This document shows, in pieces, positions 1-8,500 of a DNA stretch of 32,000 nucleotides. Source of the stretch: Candidatus Iainarchaeum sp. GTDB lineage: Archaea; Iainarchaeota; Iainarchaeia; Iainarchaeales; 0-14-0-20-30-16. The position numbers were made by a program, and so were the translations under genes. The first letter of the stretch is position 1, and the number at the start of each line of letters is the position of its first letter. Location: the NCBI GenBank assembly GCA_028710695.1, contig JAQTTP010000005.1:1-32000 (forward strand). Direction: 5' to 3'. The notes under the pieces are model-generated. The model searched no databases. It saw only the letters and a program-made list of their open reading frames with translations, and was not told the origin of the DNA.

Positions 1-370
1 CATAATCAAAAAAGATTTTCATTTCATCATAAGTCATTGTTTTTGCTCTATCTACTATGACCATATCATAGTTGCTGATTTTTGAATAGTCCACAACATA
101 GTCTAGTGGTTTTATATCAACATATTTCTTTATTGTAAGAACTGTTCTATCCTCAAATAAAGCCTTAAGTTTAAACGGATCTCCAATACCATCCGCACCA
201 TATACAATTAGAATATCGGGCTGGCCCATTATCCCATAATAAACACTACACCACCCAGGAATATCTCCACATTTCACAATATTTACCCAGGTAAGGAGCA
301 TCAAAAGGACAAATATCAATAGAACCACAGGTATTACTTTCTTCACTATATTCCAAGCATTAACCGCCAT
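1..370 (-). CDS. hypothetical N-terminally membrane-anchored protein (5' part only; the gene runs off the window start)
   Basis: Not in the ORF track because it has no stop inside the window. The reverse complement from ATG (370..368) reads MAVNAWNIVKKVIPVVLLIFVLLMLLTWVNIVKCGDIPGWCSVYYGIMGQPDILIVYGADGIGDPFKLKALFEDR... and stays open to base 1. It has one hydrophobic helix near the N-terminus. It starts 18 nt after the stop of the 389..1111 gene on the same strand. Confidence 0.5.
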   Translation of the reverse strand, partial: MAVNAWNIVKKVIPVVLLIFVLLMLLTWVNIVKCGDIPGWCSVYYGIMGQPDILIVYGADGIGDPFKLKALFEDRTVLTIKKYVDIKPLDYVVDYSKISNYDMVIVDRAKTMTYDEMKIFFDY

Positions 371-388
371 AGTCACCACAATACCTAA

Positions 389-1111
389 TCATTTAAAGCT
401 TACTTCCTGGCCATTCTGCTTAACAGTAAGCAAGTCGCAGGTTCCATCAAAATAATAACCATCATTCCTAAGTTCTATATTTCCAATATAGTTTTTCATA
501 TTAATATAAGCTTTGTCAAGGACTGTCGAATATGAATTTATCACTAAAGTCCCAGAAACTCCTGCTCTTTCTAAAGTGAATTTCACATTTTTTACTATTA
601 AATTATCAACAGAAATCTTTACTTTTTGTTGGTCTTTAAATTCAACTTCCGCACCATCGCTAATTACTTTTTTCACTGTTCCAACAAGTTCATATCCCGT
701 ATCTACTGCCTTGATGGTGCCTTCAAAATTATATACTGTTGGGTTATTCAACTTTATTGTTGTACCATCAGCTCTTGTAATTATTGTTTCTCCAGAAAAA
801 GAAACCTCTTTATCTGAAAAGTTTGATTCTGCAATCCCAGATATAGAACCAACCACACTTGCTTTTTTGGGTTCTGAATTAATGTCTGTGTTTACATCTG
901 CCTGGGCAACAACATCTTTGTTATAATCTAAACTCTTACTCACATCTGTTCCTGTACCGGCCCCAGAGTCATTATTATCAAAAACAGAATCTATTGAAAA
1001 ATCTGTTCCACCGATTTTCTTTCCAAAAAAGACAAATACTAAAAGAAGAACTAAAACAACAATAAGAATTACCACTACTGCCATATTCCCTTTCTGATTA
1101 ATACTACCCAT
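389..1111 (-). CDS. hypothetical membrane-anchored or secreted protein
   Basis: 240-aa ORF. The N-terminus is MGSINQKGNMAVVVILIVVLVLLLVFVFFGKK, a short polar head followed by a hydrophobic helix of about 20 aa. The rest is beta-strand-like and rich in Thr, Val and Gly. I recognise no family motif. The KG-N junction before the helix loosely resembles an archaeal class III (prepilin-like) signal, but this is not convincing. Confidence 0.7.
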   Translation of the reverse strand: MGSINQKGNMAVVVILIVVLVLLLVFVFFGKKIGGTDFSIDSVFDNNDSGAGTGTDVSKSLDYNKDVVAQADVNTDINSEPKKASVVGSISGIAESNFSDKEVSFSGETIITRADGTTIKLNNPTVYNFEGTIKAVDTGYELVGTVKKVISDGAEVEFKDQQKVKISVDNLIVKNVKFTLERAGVSGTLVINSYSTVLDKAYINMKNYIGNIELRNDGYYFDGTCDLLTVKQNGQEVSFK

Positions 1112-1220
1112 ATAATCACTTAATTCATATAATAACTCAAACGTTGACGTATATAAAATGTTAAATAGGTTTATATTATTTTACCTTTACAGATATATAA
1201 GTATATGTAAGGTGTTAAAA

Positions 1221-1391
1221 ATGAAATTCATGAAAAGAAAGAATAATGATGGTATGGGTCCAAGATCATCTTTAGGACTATTAAGCTTTAATGAGCACTC
1301 AAAAAGTATAATAAAATTGACTCCAGAGTTAGTAATAACTATTTCTCTTGTTTTCGGAGTACTAATAATGGCTTTGGTAATGATTTTTTAA
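1221..1391 (+). CDS. secG: preprotein translocase subunit Sec61beta/SecG (archaeal)
   Basis: From the internal ATG the product is MKFMKRKNNDGMGPRSSLGLLSFNEHSKSIIKLTPELVITISLVFGVLIMALVMIF (56 aa). This matches the archaeal Sec61beta pattern: basic N-terminus, S-x-GL-x-x-F/Y-x-E, then P-x-x-V and a C-terminal TM tail anchor. An AGGTG Shine-Dalgarno sits 7 nt upstream (aaggtgttaaaaATG). The track start at 1158 adds an implausible 21 aa. Confidence 0.75.
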   Translation: MKFMKRKNNDGMGPRSSLGLLSFNEHSKSIIKLTPELVITISLVFGVLIMALVMIF

Positions 1392-1431
1392 TTCCTGAGT
1401 AGGGCACAAATAGTATTAGTTAAATCACAAT

Positions 1432-1460
1432 ATAAATAAAAAAGAGGGAAATAATTCCCT
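1432..1460 (-). terminator. hairpin plus T-run after the beta-CASP gene (minus strand)
   Basis: On the minus strand, AGGGAA-TTAT-TTCCCT (plus-strand 1445..1460) is followed by C TTTTTT ATTTAT. It lies in the 75-nt convergent gap between secG and the beta-CASP gene. Confidence 0.4.
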
Positions 1461-1466
1461 ATACTT

Positions 1467-2747
1467 TCATTTTTTCTTATTATATTCTATTACATCTCCA
1501 TTCTTTGGAGCTATTGCTTTTAAGCCAAGGTCTTCTTCTATTTTTTTGACATAAGCTGGCATTACAGTTTCGTCTCCGTGGACACAAACAACTAATTCTG
1601 GGTTCCAAGCAGAAATAACTTGGAATAAATTGTTTCTTCCTGCGTGTGCTGAAAAATCAAATTTCTTGATTTCTCCTTCCCACTTATATAAGCCGCCATC
1701 AATTTCAATCTCGCCTTCTTTAAGCAAAATATCTCCTTTAGTTTCTTGAACTTGAAAACCAGTAAGGTACACTGAGTTCTCTGCGTTTCTGCAAAGTCTT
1801 TTGAAGTAATATAAAACCGGGCCGCCCTCAACCATTCCAGCAGTTGTTACTATTATTGCTTGCTTTTTTACAAGCTCTTCTCTCTGCTTTTGAGTTTTAA
1901 CTTTTATTGTTTTGTTCATTGCCTGGCGTAAGTTATATGCTTCTTTAAAGTAATTAGGATACTGCAAATAAACTGCAGAAACTTTTTGGCCCATACCGTC
2001 TAGATATAATGGAACATTAAAGTTTTCTTCCGCAATTATTCCTAGCATTTCTTGTGCCCTTCCTAAAGCAAAGGCTGGGATTAAAACACTTCCACCTTTA
2101 TCTAATGTTTTTTTGATGCTATTTACAAAATCTCTTTCTATCTTTGTTCTGTCAGGGTGATCTCTGTCTCCATAGGTACTTTCAATTATTAGAACATCAA
2201 TATCTTTGTCTAAGTCATAATCTGCACCATAGTGTAATCTAGTTTCATCAACTTTGAAATCACCTGTGTATAGAACATTACCTTCTTTAGTTTCAAGCAA
2301 AGGCATTCCACTTCCTAATATGTGCCCTGCATCATAAAAAGTCAAAGACATATCTTTTGTGATTCTTATTGGTTTACGATAATTCATTTTTTTTGTTTTA
2401 CTATCTGCTATCTTGCTTTGTTCCTTATTATATTCTGGTTTTCTATCCTCAATTCTTGCAATCTTCTGCGCATCTTTCCACAGTATATCACAGATATCCA
2501 AAGTAGGAGTTGTCATATACAAATCTGGGTTGTTACCACCAAATAACGCAGGTATCAATCCAGAGTGATCCATATGTGCATGGCTCAATATAACTGCGTC
2601 TAGATTAACATCTGGCTTTTGCGGATACTCAATTCCATAGGGTTCTATTTTTATTCCATAGTCCAACAACACATTGGACTGTTTTGTGCTTACCAGATAT
2701 GATGCACGCCCTACTTCACGTCCGCCCCCTAATACTTTTATCTTCAT
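1467..2747 (-). CDS. beta-CASP metallo-beta-lactamase-fold ribonuclease (aCPSF2-like, no KH domains)
   Basis: 426 aa. The N-terminus is MKIKVLGGGREVGRASYLV. It carries the HxHxDH motif (SHAHMDHSG), later Asp/His motifs (TGDFK, ESTYGD), and a C-terminal FSAHAG...VHGD, typical of the CPSF73/RNase J beta-CASP family. Confidence 0.9.
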   Translation of the reverse strand: MKIKVLGGGREVGRASYLVSTKQSNVLLDYGIKIEPYGIEYPQKPDVNLDAVILSHAHMDHSGLIPALFGGNNPDLYMTTPTLDICDILWKDAQKIARIEDRKPEYNKEQSKIADSKTKKMNYRKPIRITKDMSLTFYDAGHILGSGMPLLETKEGNVLYTGDFKVDETRLHYGADYDLDKDIDVLIIESTYGDRDHPDRTKIERDFVNSIKKTLDKGGSVLIPAFALGRAQEMLGIIAEENFNVPLYLDGMGQKVSAVYLQYPNYFKEAYNLRQAMNKTIKVKTQKQREELVKKQAIIVTTAGMVEGGPVLYYFKRLCRNAENSVYLTGFQVQETKGDILLKEGEIEIDGGLYKWEGEIKKFDFSAHAGRNNLFQVISAWNPELVVCVHGDETVMPAYVKKIEEDLGLKAIAPKNGDVIEYNKKK

Positions 2748-2877
2748 TTTTATTCACGCTCCTCGAATTTGTTTTTTTTCTAGCTTTTTTCAAAAAAGCC
2801 AATAATAATAAAGCAAATAATAGGCCCAAGACTGCAATTATCAAAAACAGACCAATGCCTAATAACCAATAATCCAT
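2716..2877 (-). CDS. possible small single-pass membrane protein (53 aa; below the ORF-track cutoff)
   Basis: The reverse complement from ATG 2877..2875 reads MDYWLLGIGLFLIIAVLGLLFALLLLAFLKKARKKTNSRSVNKNEDKSIRGRT*. This is a clean TM helix followed by a KKARKK stop-transfer. It starts 14 nt after the tatD stop and overlaps the beta-CASP start by 32 nt. No homology evidence. Confidence 0.3.
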   Translation of the reverse strand: MDYWLLGIGLFLIIAVLGLLFALLLLAFLKKARKKTNSRSVNKNEDKSIRGRT

Positions 2878-2891
2878 CGTCCCACACTCTA

Positions 2892-3623
2892 CTAGTGCAC
2901 TATTTCTTTAAAATTCTTTTTTTGCATCTTTTCTAATTCCTTTAACTGTATATTAAAATCATTGCAGAATTTATTAATTACCTCTTTTAGCTCAAAAGAC
3001 GCATATGCTTTCCCAGAGATTTCTACTGGGTAGTCAGTCTCAAACAGAATCAAGTTTTTGTCTATTTTCTCGATCATTGCTTTTTGCTCATCATGAAATA
3101 AATATGTGGGCCCGAGGTTTATATAATATTCTTTGTCTGCCACTTTTCTAAGATATTTTTCAGAATTACAGAACCAATGCATAATCACTTTTTCTTGCTT
3201 GTTTTTTTCTAATATTTCCACTACTTGTCTCTGTGCATATCTAGAATGAACATTAACATAAACATCATATTCTTTTGCTAAATCCAGAACTTTTTGGAAT
3301 ATTTCATTCTGCTCTTTCTTCTGTGCGTCATCTGCAAATTTAAAATCTAATCCTATCTCCCCAATAAAGAATTTTCCTTTCTGAGTTTCCAAGATCTTTT
3401 CAAACTCTTTCAAATCTTTTTTTGTGGATTCTAAAGGATAAAGCCCAAATCCTGGGACAACCTCTTTATATTTTTCAGCCAATTCTTTTGTTTGAAAATT
3501 AGATTTCAAAGAAGTAGAGTTAACAAAAAAATAATCAAGTCCATTTTTTTTAGACAACTCTAAATATTTTTTTATTTCATCTTCTTTCAAGTGATCTAAA
3601 TGAAGATGTGCATCAAAAAACAA
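2892..3623 (-). CDS. tatD: TatD-family metal-dependent hydrolase (DNase-like)
   Basis: 243 aa with TatD motifs: FFDAHLHLD (HxH), IGEIGLDF, VNVHSR, HWFCNS, FETDYP. The start codon is TTG (plus-strand caa at 3621..3623), 2 nt after the upstream stop, with AGGGGA about 7 nt upstream. Confidence 0.9.
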   Translation of the reverse strand: MFFDAHLHLDHLKEDEIKKYLELSKKNGLDYFFVNSTSLKSNFQTKELAEKYKEVVPGFGLYPLESTKKDLKEFEKILETQKGKFFIGEIGLDFKFADDAQKKEQNEIFQKVLDLAKEYDVYVNVHSRYAQRQVVEILEKNKQEKVIMHWFCNSEKYLRKVADKEYYINLGPTYLFHDEQKAMIEKIDKNLILFETDYPVEISGKAYASFELKEVINKFCNDFNIQLKELEKMQKKNFKEIVH

Positions 3624-3625
3624 TT

Positions 3626-3868
3626 CTAATCCCCTTCATCATCTTCTTCACAACAATCTTCTTCGTCATCTTCAGAGTCATAATCTAAAGATACCTTTCC
3701 GGAGCCATTAAAATCCAGATTAAAAGGCATTATCTTTACCGCTTTTTCTGTTACCTTTGCAATATACAAGCTATTCCCACAGCAAGGGCATTCTATTATA
3801 CTCTCTGCTTTTGCATTATCATTAAATTTCCCCTCACACACTGGGCAAAGTACATTAATCTTTTTCAT
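3626..3868 (-). CDS. zinc-ribbon protein with a poly-acidic C-terminal tail (LysW/ArgW-like architecture)
   Basis: From the internal ATG 3868 the product is MKKINVLCPVCEGKF...ESIIECPCCGNSLYIAKV...SLDYDSEDDEEDCCEEDDEGD (80 aa), i.e. CxxC...CxxC followed by an acidic tail. The same SD context as secG (aaaggtgtttaaaaATG) supports this start. The track start at 3910 would overlap dedA by 56 nt. Confidence 0.65.
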   Translation of the reverse strand: MKKINVLCPVCEGKFNDNAKAESIIECPCCGNSLYIAKVTEKAVKIMPFNLDFNGSGKVSLDYDSEDDEEDCCEEDDEGD

Positions 3869-4469
3869 TTTTAAACACCTTTTTGTTTTTATAAATATAA
3901 TATATAACATATGCTAATATTATTGTAGTAGCAAGGCCTGCAACAAGCCAAGAATACTCTACAGCAACATCATAATTTTTCCCAATAAAGTATCCTAATG
4001 CAAGCAAAATTGCAACCCATATTCCAGAACCAAGAACAGTGTATAAACAAAATTTAAACAAGTTCATTCTTGCCAGTCCTGCAGGCAAGGAAATCAAATG
4101 GCGTATTCCAAAAATCAATCTTCCTGTGAAAGTAGTTATTTCGCCATGTTTTTCAAAAAAAGCATCTACTTTTGCCATTCTTGATTTAGTTAATAAAAAA
4201 TACTTTCCGTATTTGTCAATAAATGGCCTTCCAAGTAACAAGGCAAGATAGTAATTGAACAGTGCACCTAACAGGCTACCTATTACCCCACACACCCATG
4301 CAAGCAAAAGATTCATTTGACCCTGTGATGCAAGATAACCTGCAGGTATCATTATCAATTCAGATGGCAGAGGAAAGAAAGAGCTTTCAATAGCCATTAA
4401 AAGAATTATACCCCAATAGCCTAAGAGCCCAACACTGCTTACTAACCACAAAGCAATACTTTCAAGCAT
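3855..4469 (-). CDS. dedA: DedA / SNARE-associated family membrane protein
   Basis: 204 aa and multi-TM. It carries DedA-type motifs: ESSFFPLPSELIMIPAGYLA and GRLIFGIRHLISLPAGLARM. Confidence 0.85.
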   Translation of the reverse strand: MLESIALWLVSSVGLLGYWGIILLMAIESSFFPLPSELIMIPAGYLASQGQMNLLLAWVCGVIGSLLGALFNYYLALLLGRPFIDKYGKYFLLTKSRMAKVDAFFEKHGEITTFTGRLIFGIRHLISLPAGLARMNLFKFCLYTVLGSGIWVAILLALGYFIGKNYDVAVEYSWLVAGLATTIILAYVIYYIYKNKKVFKNEKD

Positions 4470-4502
4470 TATTTAATCACACTCAGGAGCCAAGTTTGCC
4501 CT

Positions 4503-5540
4503 TTATTTCTTATATGCATCTTCCACAAGCTTTTTGTTTTCGCCTTTTTCAAATGCTTTTCTAACTGGGTCCAACAAATCCACAAGGACATTTGCCACTG
4601 CGGTCTTCAAATCTAAGGGATGTAATTTCTTTTCAGCATAGATTTTTTCTAATTCTGCGTATGTTTTGAATTCTAGATTTCCGCCAAATTTTTCTGGCCT
4701 CGTAACCACAAAAGTCTTTCCAGTTCTTTTAAAATATGGAAATAATACTGCTTTAGTGAACATTAGAATTGCATTATTTTCAACTGTGTCAGTACAAAAT
4801 GCTTTCTTCATTTTGCTTTGTATAATCTCTGGAGTGTCCAATAAATCTATTTTTGATTCTTCAACAGACGAAGACATTTTATCTCCTGTTAATCCAGGCA
4901 ACATAGGATTCATAAAATGTATTCTTTGTTTATAACCGATTTTTGGTAAATATTCATGTGCTAAAACAAATATCTTTCTCTGATCTGATCCACCAAACTG
5001 GGCATCAACTTTCAAATACTCTTCATCCAAAGCTTGCAATAAAGGATATAACAAAGGTGCCATCTTTGGATTCTCTGATTGTTTTACAACCTCGGCGCCT
5101 GCTTTCTTTGCTTCTGCATTAGTAACTATATTTGCAAATCTATACATATCTTTTGTATACTCCTTGCTAAGTTGATAATCACTACCTTTAACAAATTCAA
5201 GCTTTTCAACAGGCACTTTCATTGCCTTAAGAGTTTCTTTTATTATTTTTTCATAATACTTAGACCTTAGATCTAACAACTCTTCTGGAGTTTTCTGACT
5301 GTCCAAAAAAGCATGAATATCTGCAATTAATACTTTCACTTTAGAGCCTGCTTCCAAAAAGTCAGCAAGTTTTGTAAAAGGGATTAGATACCCAATATGT
5401 ATTCTGCCAGTTGGTGCAGTACCCCAATATATTGCTAAATCTCGTTCTTTGATTACTTTATCTAGCTCTGCCTCGTTGATTACTTCTTCCAATCCTCTTA
5501 TTATCAATTCTTTCTTTTCTTTTGTATTCATAGTTATCAC
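4503..5540 (-). CDS. tyrS: tyrosine--tRNA ligase (short archaeal/eukaryal type)
   Basis: 345 aa, class I aaRS. It has a HIGH-like motif (PTGRIHIGY), a KMSKS-like motif (GDKMSSS) and GGSDQ. The track start is GTG at 5540. ATG at 5531 (MNTKEKK...) is an equally good start. Confidence 0.95.
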   Translation of the reverse strand: MITMNTKEKKELIIRGLEEVINEAELDKVIKERDLAIYWGTAPTGRIHIGYLIPFTKLADFLEAGSKVKVLIADIHAFLDSQKTPEELLDLRSKYYEKIIKETLKAMKVPVEKLEFVKGSDYQLSKEYTKDMYRFANIVTNAEAKKAGAEVVKQSENPKMAPLLYPLLQALDEEYLKVDAQFGGSDQRKIFVLAHEYLPKIGYKQRIHFMNPMLPGLTGDKMSSSVEESKIDLLDTPEIIQSKMKKAFCTDTVENNAILMFTKAVLFPYFKRTGKTFVVTRPEKFGGNLEFKTYAELEKIYAEKKLHPLDLKTAVANVLVDLLDPVRKAFEKGENKKLVEDAYKK

Positions 5541-8500
5541 TAATTATTTACATCGCCATAATCCAATTCTGAGAATCTTTTTGAGAACTCAACTAAAAAT
5601 TGCTCTGGATCTTTTATTGTAGTACCAAATATCTTTATAAATCGTTCATGAGCTTTTCTAAAACGATTTATATCCAAAAAATTACTGTATGTTAACAAGT
5701 TTTCTATTGCATTTGTAACAGAAAGTGGTCCATACTTCCAATTCTCATTATAATAAAGGTCATCAAAAGGCCTTATTGCTTCAATATATTTTGCTAACAA
5801 CTTATAATGCTCTGTAGCCCCATATTTTTGTTTTATATGTGCTATTGAAAATTGTTTTATTACTGAATCATTAGCAGCAAAACCTTTTTCTTTCAAGATT
5901 GGATCGTCTTTGAGACCATACGGGTCAGAATAGCGCAAATCCAAAACTCTTTGTCTATAAGCCAATACGTCATCATAACTTAATTTTGCAGGATCAATTG
6001 ACTTTAATTCCTCAACACCCATTTCCTTAAAACGATCTACTGGCTTCTCTGGTGGTTTTGGTAATTCATGTACTGTTCCAGAACCGGCCTTTTTTTCTCC
6101 ACCTACTGGTGCAAGGGGATTTGGAGGAGCATTATCTCTTATCTTCAAAAATTCCATTATTCTTGCTCTATCTTGTTTGAAGAATTCTTGTGGATATTTT
6201 TCCATCTTGCCATCTTGATAAAGTTGCTCCATTGTTTTAAAAAAATCAAATATTTTTTCTCTATGACTCTCCAAAAGTTCTGGAAAGTTTTTTGCAAAAG
6301 CAAATGATATATTTGTTATGACAGACGCTAAACTATGATATTCTCTACTTAAGCCCAGCCCTCTTTCTTTTTTTGCAATACCATTTAATCTCTCTGGAAG
6401 CAAAATTAAGACATTAACAATACCATCATTCAAAACCTTTTTCTTTTGTTCAGGGTTTAAATACTTGCTTTCTTGTACGCCCCTAACCCAGTCCTCTGAA
6501 CTTGCAATCCCTGGCAGTCCAATTTTTCCTTCTCTGTAAACTATCTCCTTATAGTGATTAACTGTTTTATCATCTACAAGCTCTGCTATTACTGCCTTTG
6601 CTCTTTTAAAATCAGCATCAGGAATTCCATAAAGATTATCTGGATCTGCTGCTTGTGGCTTAGGTGCTTCCTTTAGCTTTTTTTCTTCTGTCTTTTTTAC
6701 ATCTACTACAGGCTTAGGAGGTTCTTCTTTCTCGCCTTCCGGAGCCGTGTGTTCTGGATGTTTTTCATAATAATCTAGTAATATTGGCAGTGCAGTCACT
6801 CTAGACATATCGGGGGTAATGCCCACTGGCTTTAAGGTCTCAGCATTTACTTCATATTTACCAAACATTTTCTTTAAAATTACTTGATATACTTGCCTAC
6901 ACATAAGTTGTGCTAGATCTAATGCTTTGCCCGCATGCAAAGAATCAATCTTTGCAAGATCATCTTTATTCTGCTCTCTTATAATCTCAAAACTACGATC
7001 ATCAATACCTTGTTCCTCAAGGAATGCTAATGCTCTTTTTGCCAGATCAACAAGTTCTACTGTTTTCTTTGCTGTGTATTGACCTGCTTGTGCAGACCAA
7101 GTTTTATATCTTGGATCTTCTGATTTTTTCTCTTCACCTTTTTTTGTTCTTTCTACAAGACGGTCTAGCCCATCTTTTGCAATACTATTTTCTGGATCCA
7201 ATTCTAACACTTTTCTATATGCTGCTATTGCCTCTTTATCTTTTCTTTGACTTCTTAATGCAGTAGCATAGTTGATCCAAGTGCTTATATCTTTTGGATT
7301 AAGATCTAATACTTTTCTAAAATTTACCTCTGCATCAGCATATTTCCCCAAATTTAATAACTGTACTCCTTCTGATTTAAGAAGCCCACGTTTGATATTT
7401 TCTTTTTCTTTTTCTTTTTCTTCTACTTCAGCTTCTGCTAGTCTTCTATCAAGTTCTTTATCAGACATTTCTGGAAGGCTTTGTGTATGTTCACCAGGCA
7501 AAGAAGGTAATCCATCTTCTTCATAATCTGTTACTTTTAACTCTTGCCTTGGTTCTGGCCCTGGTTGTGGTGCAGGCAATAGTAATGGTTTAGCCCCTTC
7601 AGGAAGTTGTGCTACGGGTTTAGGCTCTGCTAATTTTCTATCTTCTTTTGGAGGCTCTAATCTTTTGGGTTCTTCTTGCTTTTTTTCAGGAAGTTTTTTA
7701 TTTCCCTCTTTTTTCACGCCTTCGGGTTTACCCAAAGTATCAATTAAAACAGTTTTTCCTGGTTTCTCTTCTGCACCTTCCGGAGTCAAGTCTTCAAATT
7801 CTTCTAAGATACGCCTTTTCAACATAGACATACGTCTTGTTCTTTCAGCACCCACAGGCAGTGCAAGTATAGATTCGAAGTTGTGTCTTAAATGTCCTAC
7901 TACTTTTGTAGATAAACCTGCTTGTTCTAGTTCGCCCACTTGGGCCAAAGGTTCAGCACTCTTTGGAGTTAATTTGCCTTTTGGAGGTTCTTTTATTTCT
8001 TTTTCTGGCAGTTTAGGCCTTATTTGTTTTTTATCATCTTTAGGCGGTTCAGGGCCTTTCTTTCCTGCTTCTAGTTCTTTATGCCCAAGAAATTCTCTTA
8101 TCACTCTAATCTTATCATCTGACCAGGTTATTTTTTTCTCAGCTCTAACTTTTTCTAATTCTGCAAAAAGCTGCCTCATTCTTGCTTTATAAGGTTCCAA
8201 AAGTTCTGGAACATTTCTTATAATACCTTCCAAGGCATTATATGCTCCCTCAAATATATGGTCCCTACTTAGGTGAGCAGGAGATTCTTTTATGTGTTCT
8301 AAGTCTTCAGTTACAAAATACAGATTTTCGTTAATACCATTTTTCAGAACTTGTTCTTTTTGTTCTGGAGTTAGATATTTACTGCTTTTTACGCCTTTGA
8401 CCCATTCATCAGCCGATGCTGCCACTAATTCTCCGATTTGACCCTTTAAATTCTGTTTCTCATTAAAAGATTCTCGGCTCCCAAGAGAATTCAAAGCTTT

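Noticed and set aside
513-926. Antisense or nested track ORFs within other confident genes. Examples are 513..926, 626..817, 1592..1831, 2322..2546, 4039..4251, 4666..4935, 5079..5270, 12217..12489, 15539..15751, 16366..16593, 16696..16974, 17970..18161, 18662..19033, 19011..19268, 19052..19234, 20257..20556, 20331..20519, 21283..21819, 22052..22312, 23320..23571, 23897..24079, 25018..25365, 25045..25266, 26711..26929, 29362..29550 and 31178..31450.
   Set aside because: All are embedded in, or opposite to, longer ORFs with clear family motifs. Their compositions are typical of AT-rich off-frame noise.
2684-2872. The plus-strand 62-aa track ORF in the gap between tatD and the RNase gene.
   Set aside because: It overlaps the RNase start on the opposite strand and ends in an Asn/Lys low-complexity tail. 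The minus-strand 53-aa ORF over the same DNA has a far more protein-like TM helix and positive-inside design and fits the operon direction.
7665-8192. Plus-strand ORFs inside the giant gene: 6068..6307, 7024..7266, 7272..7526, 7665..8192, 10279..10620, 10416..11102 and 10810..11115.
   Set aside because: They are Ser/Leu/Phe/Cys-rich mirror translations of Glu/Lys/Arg-rich codons (GAA/AAG read as TTC/CTT). None has a start context or a motif, and each is fully nested in a far longer, well-behaved ORF on the other strand.
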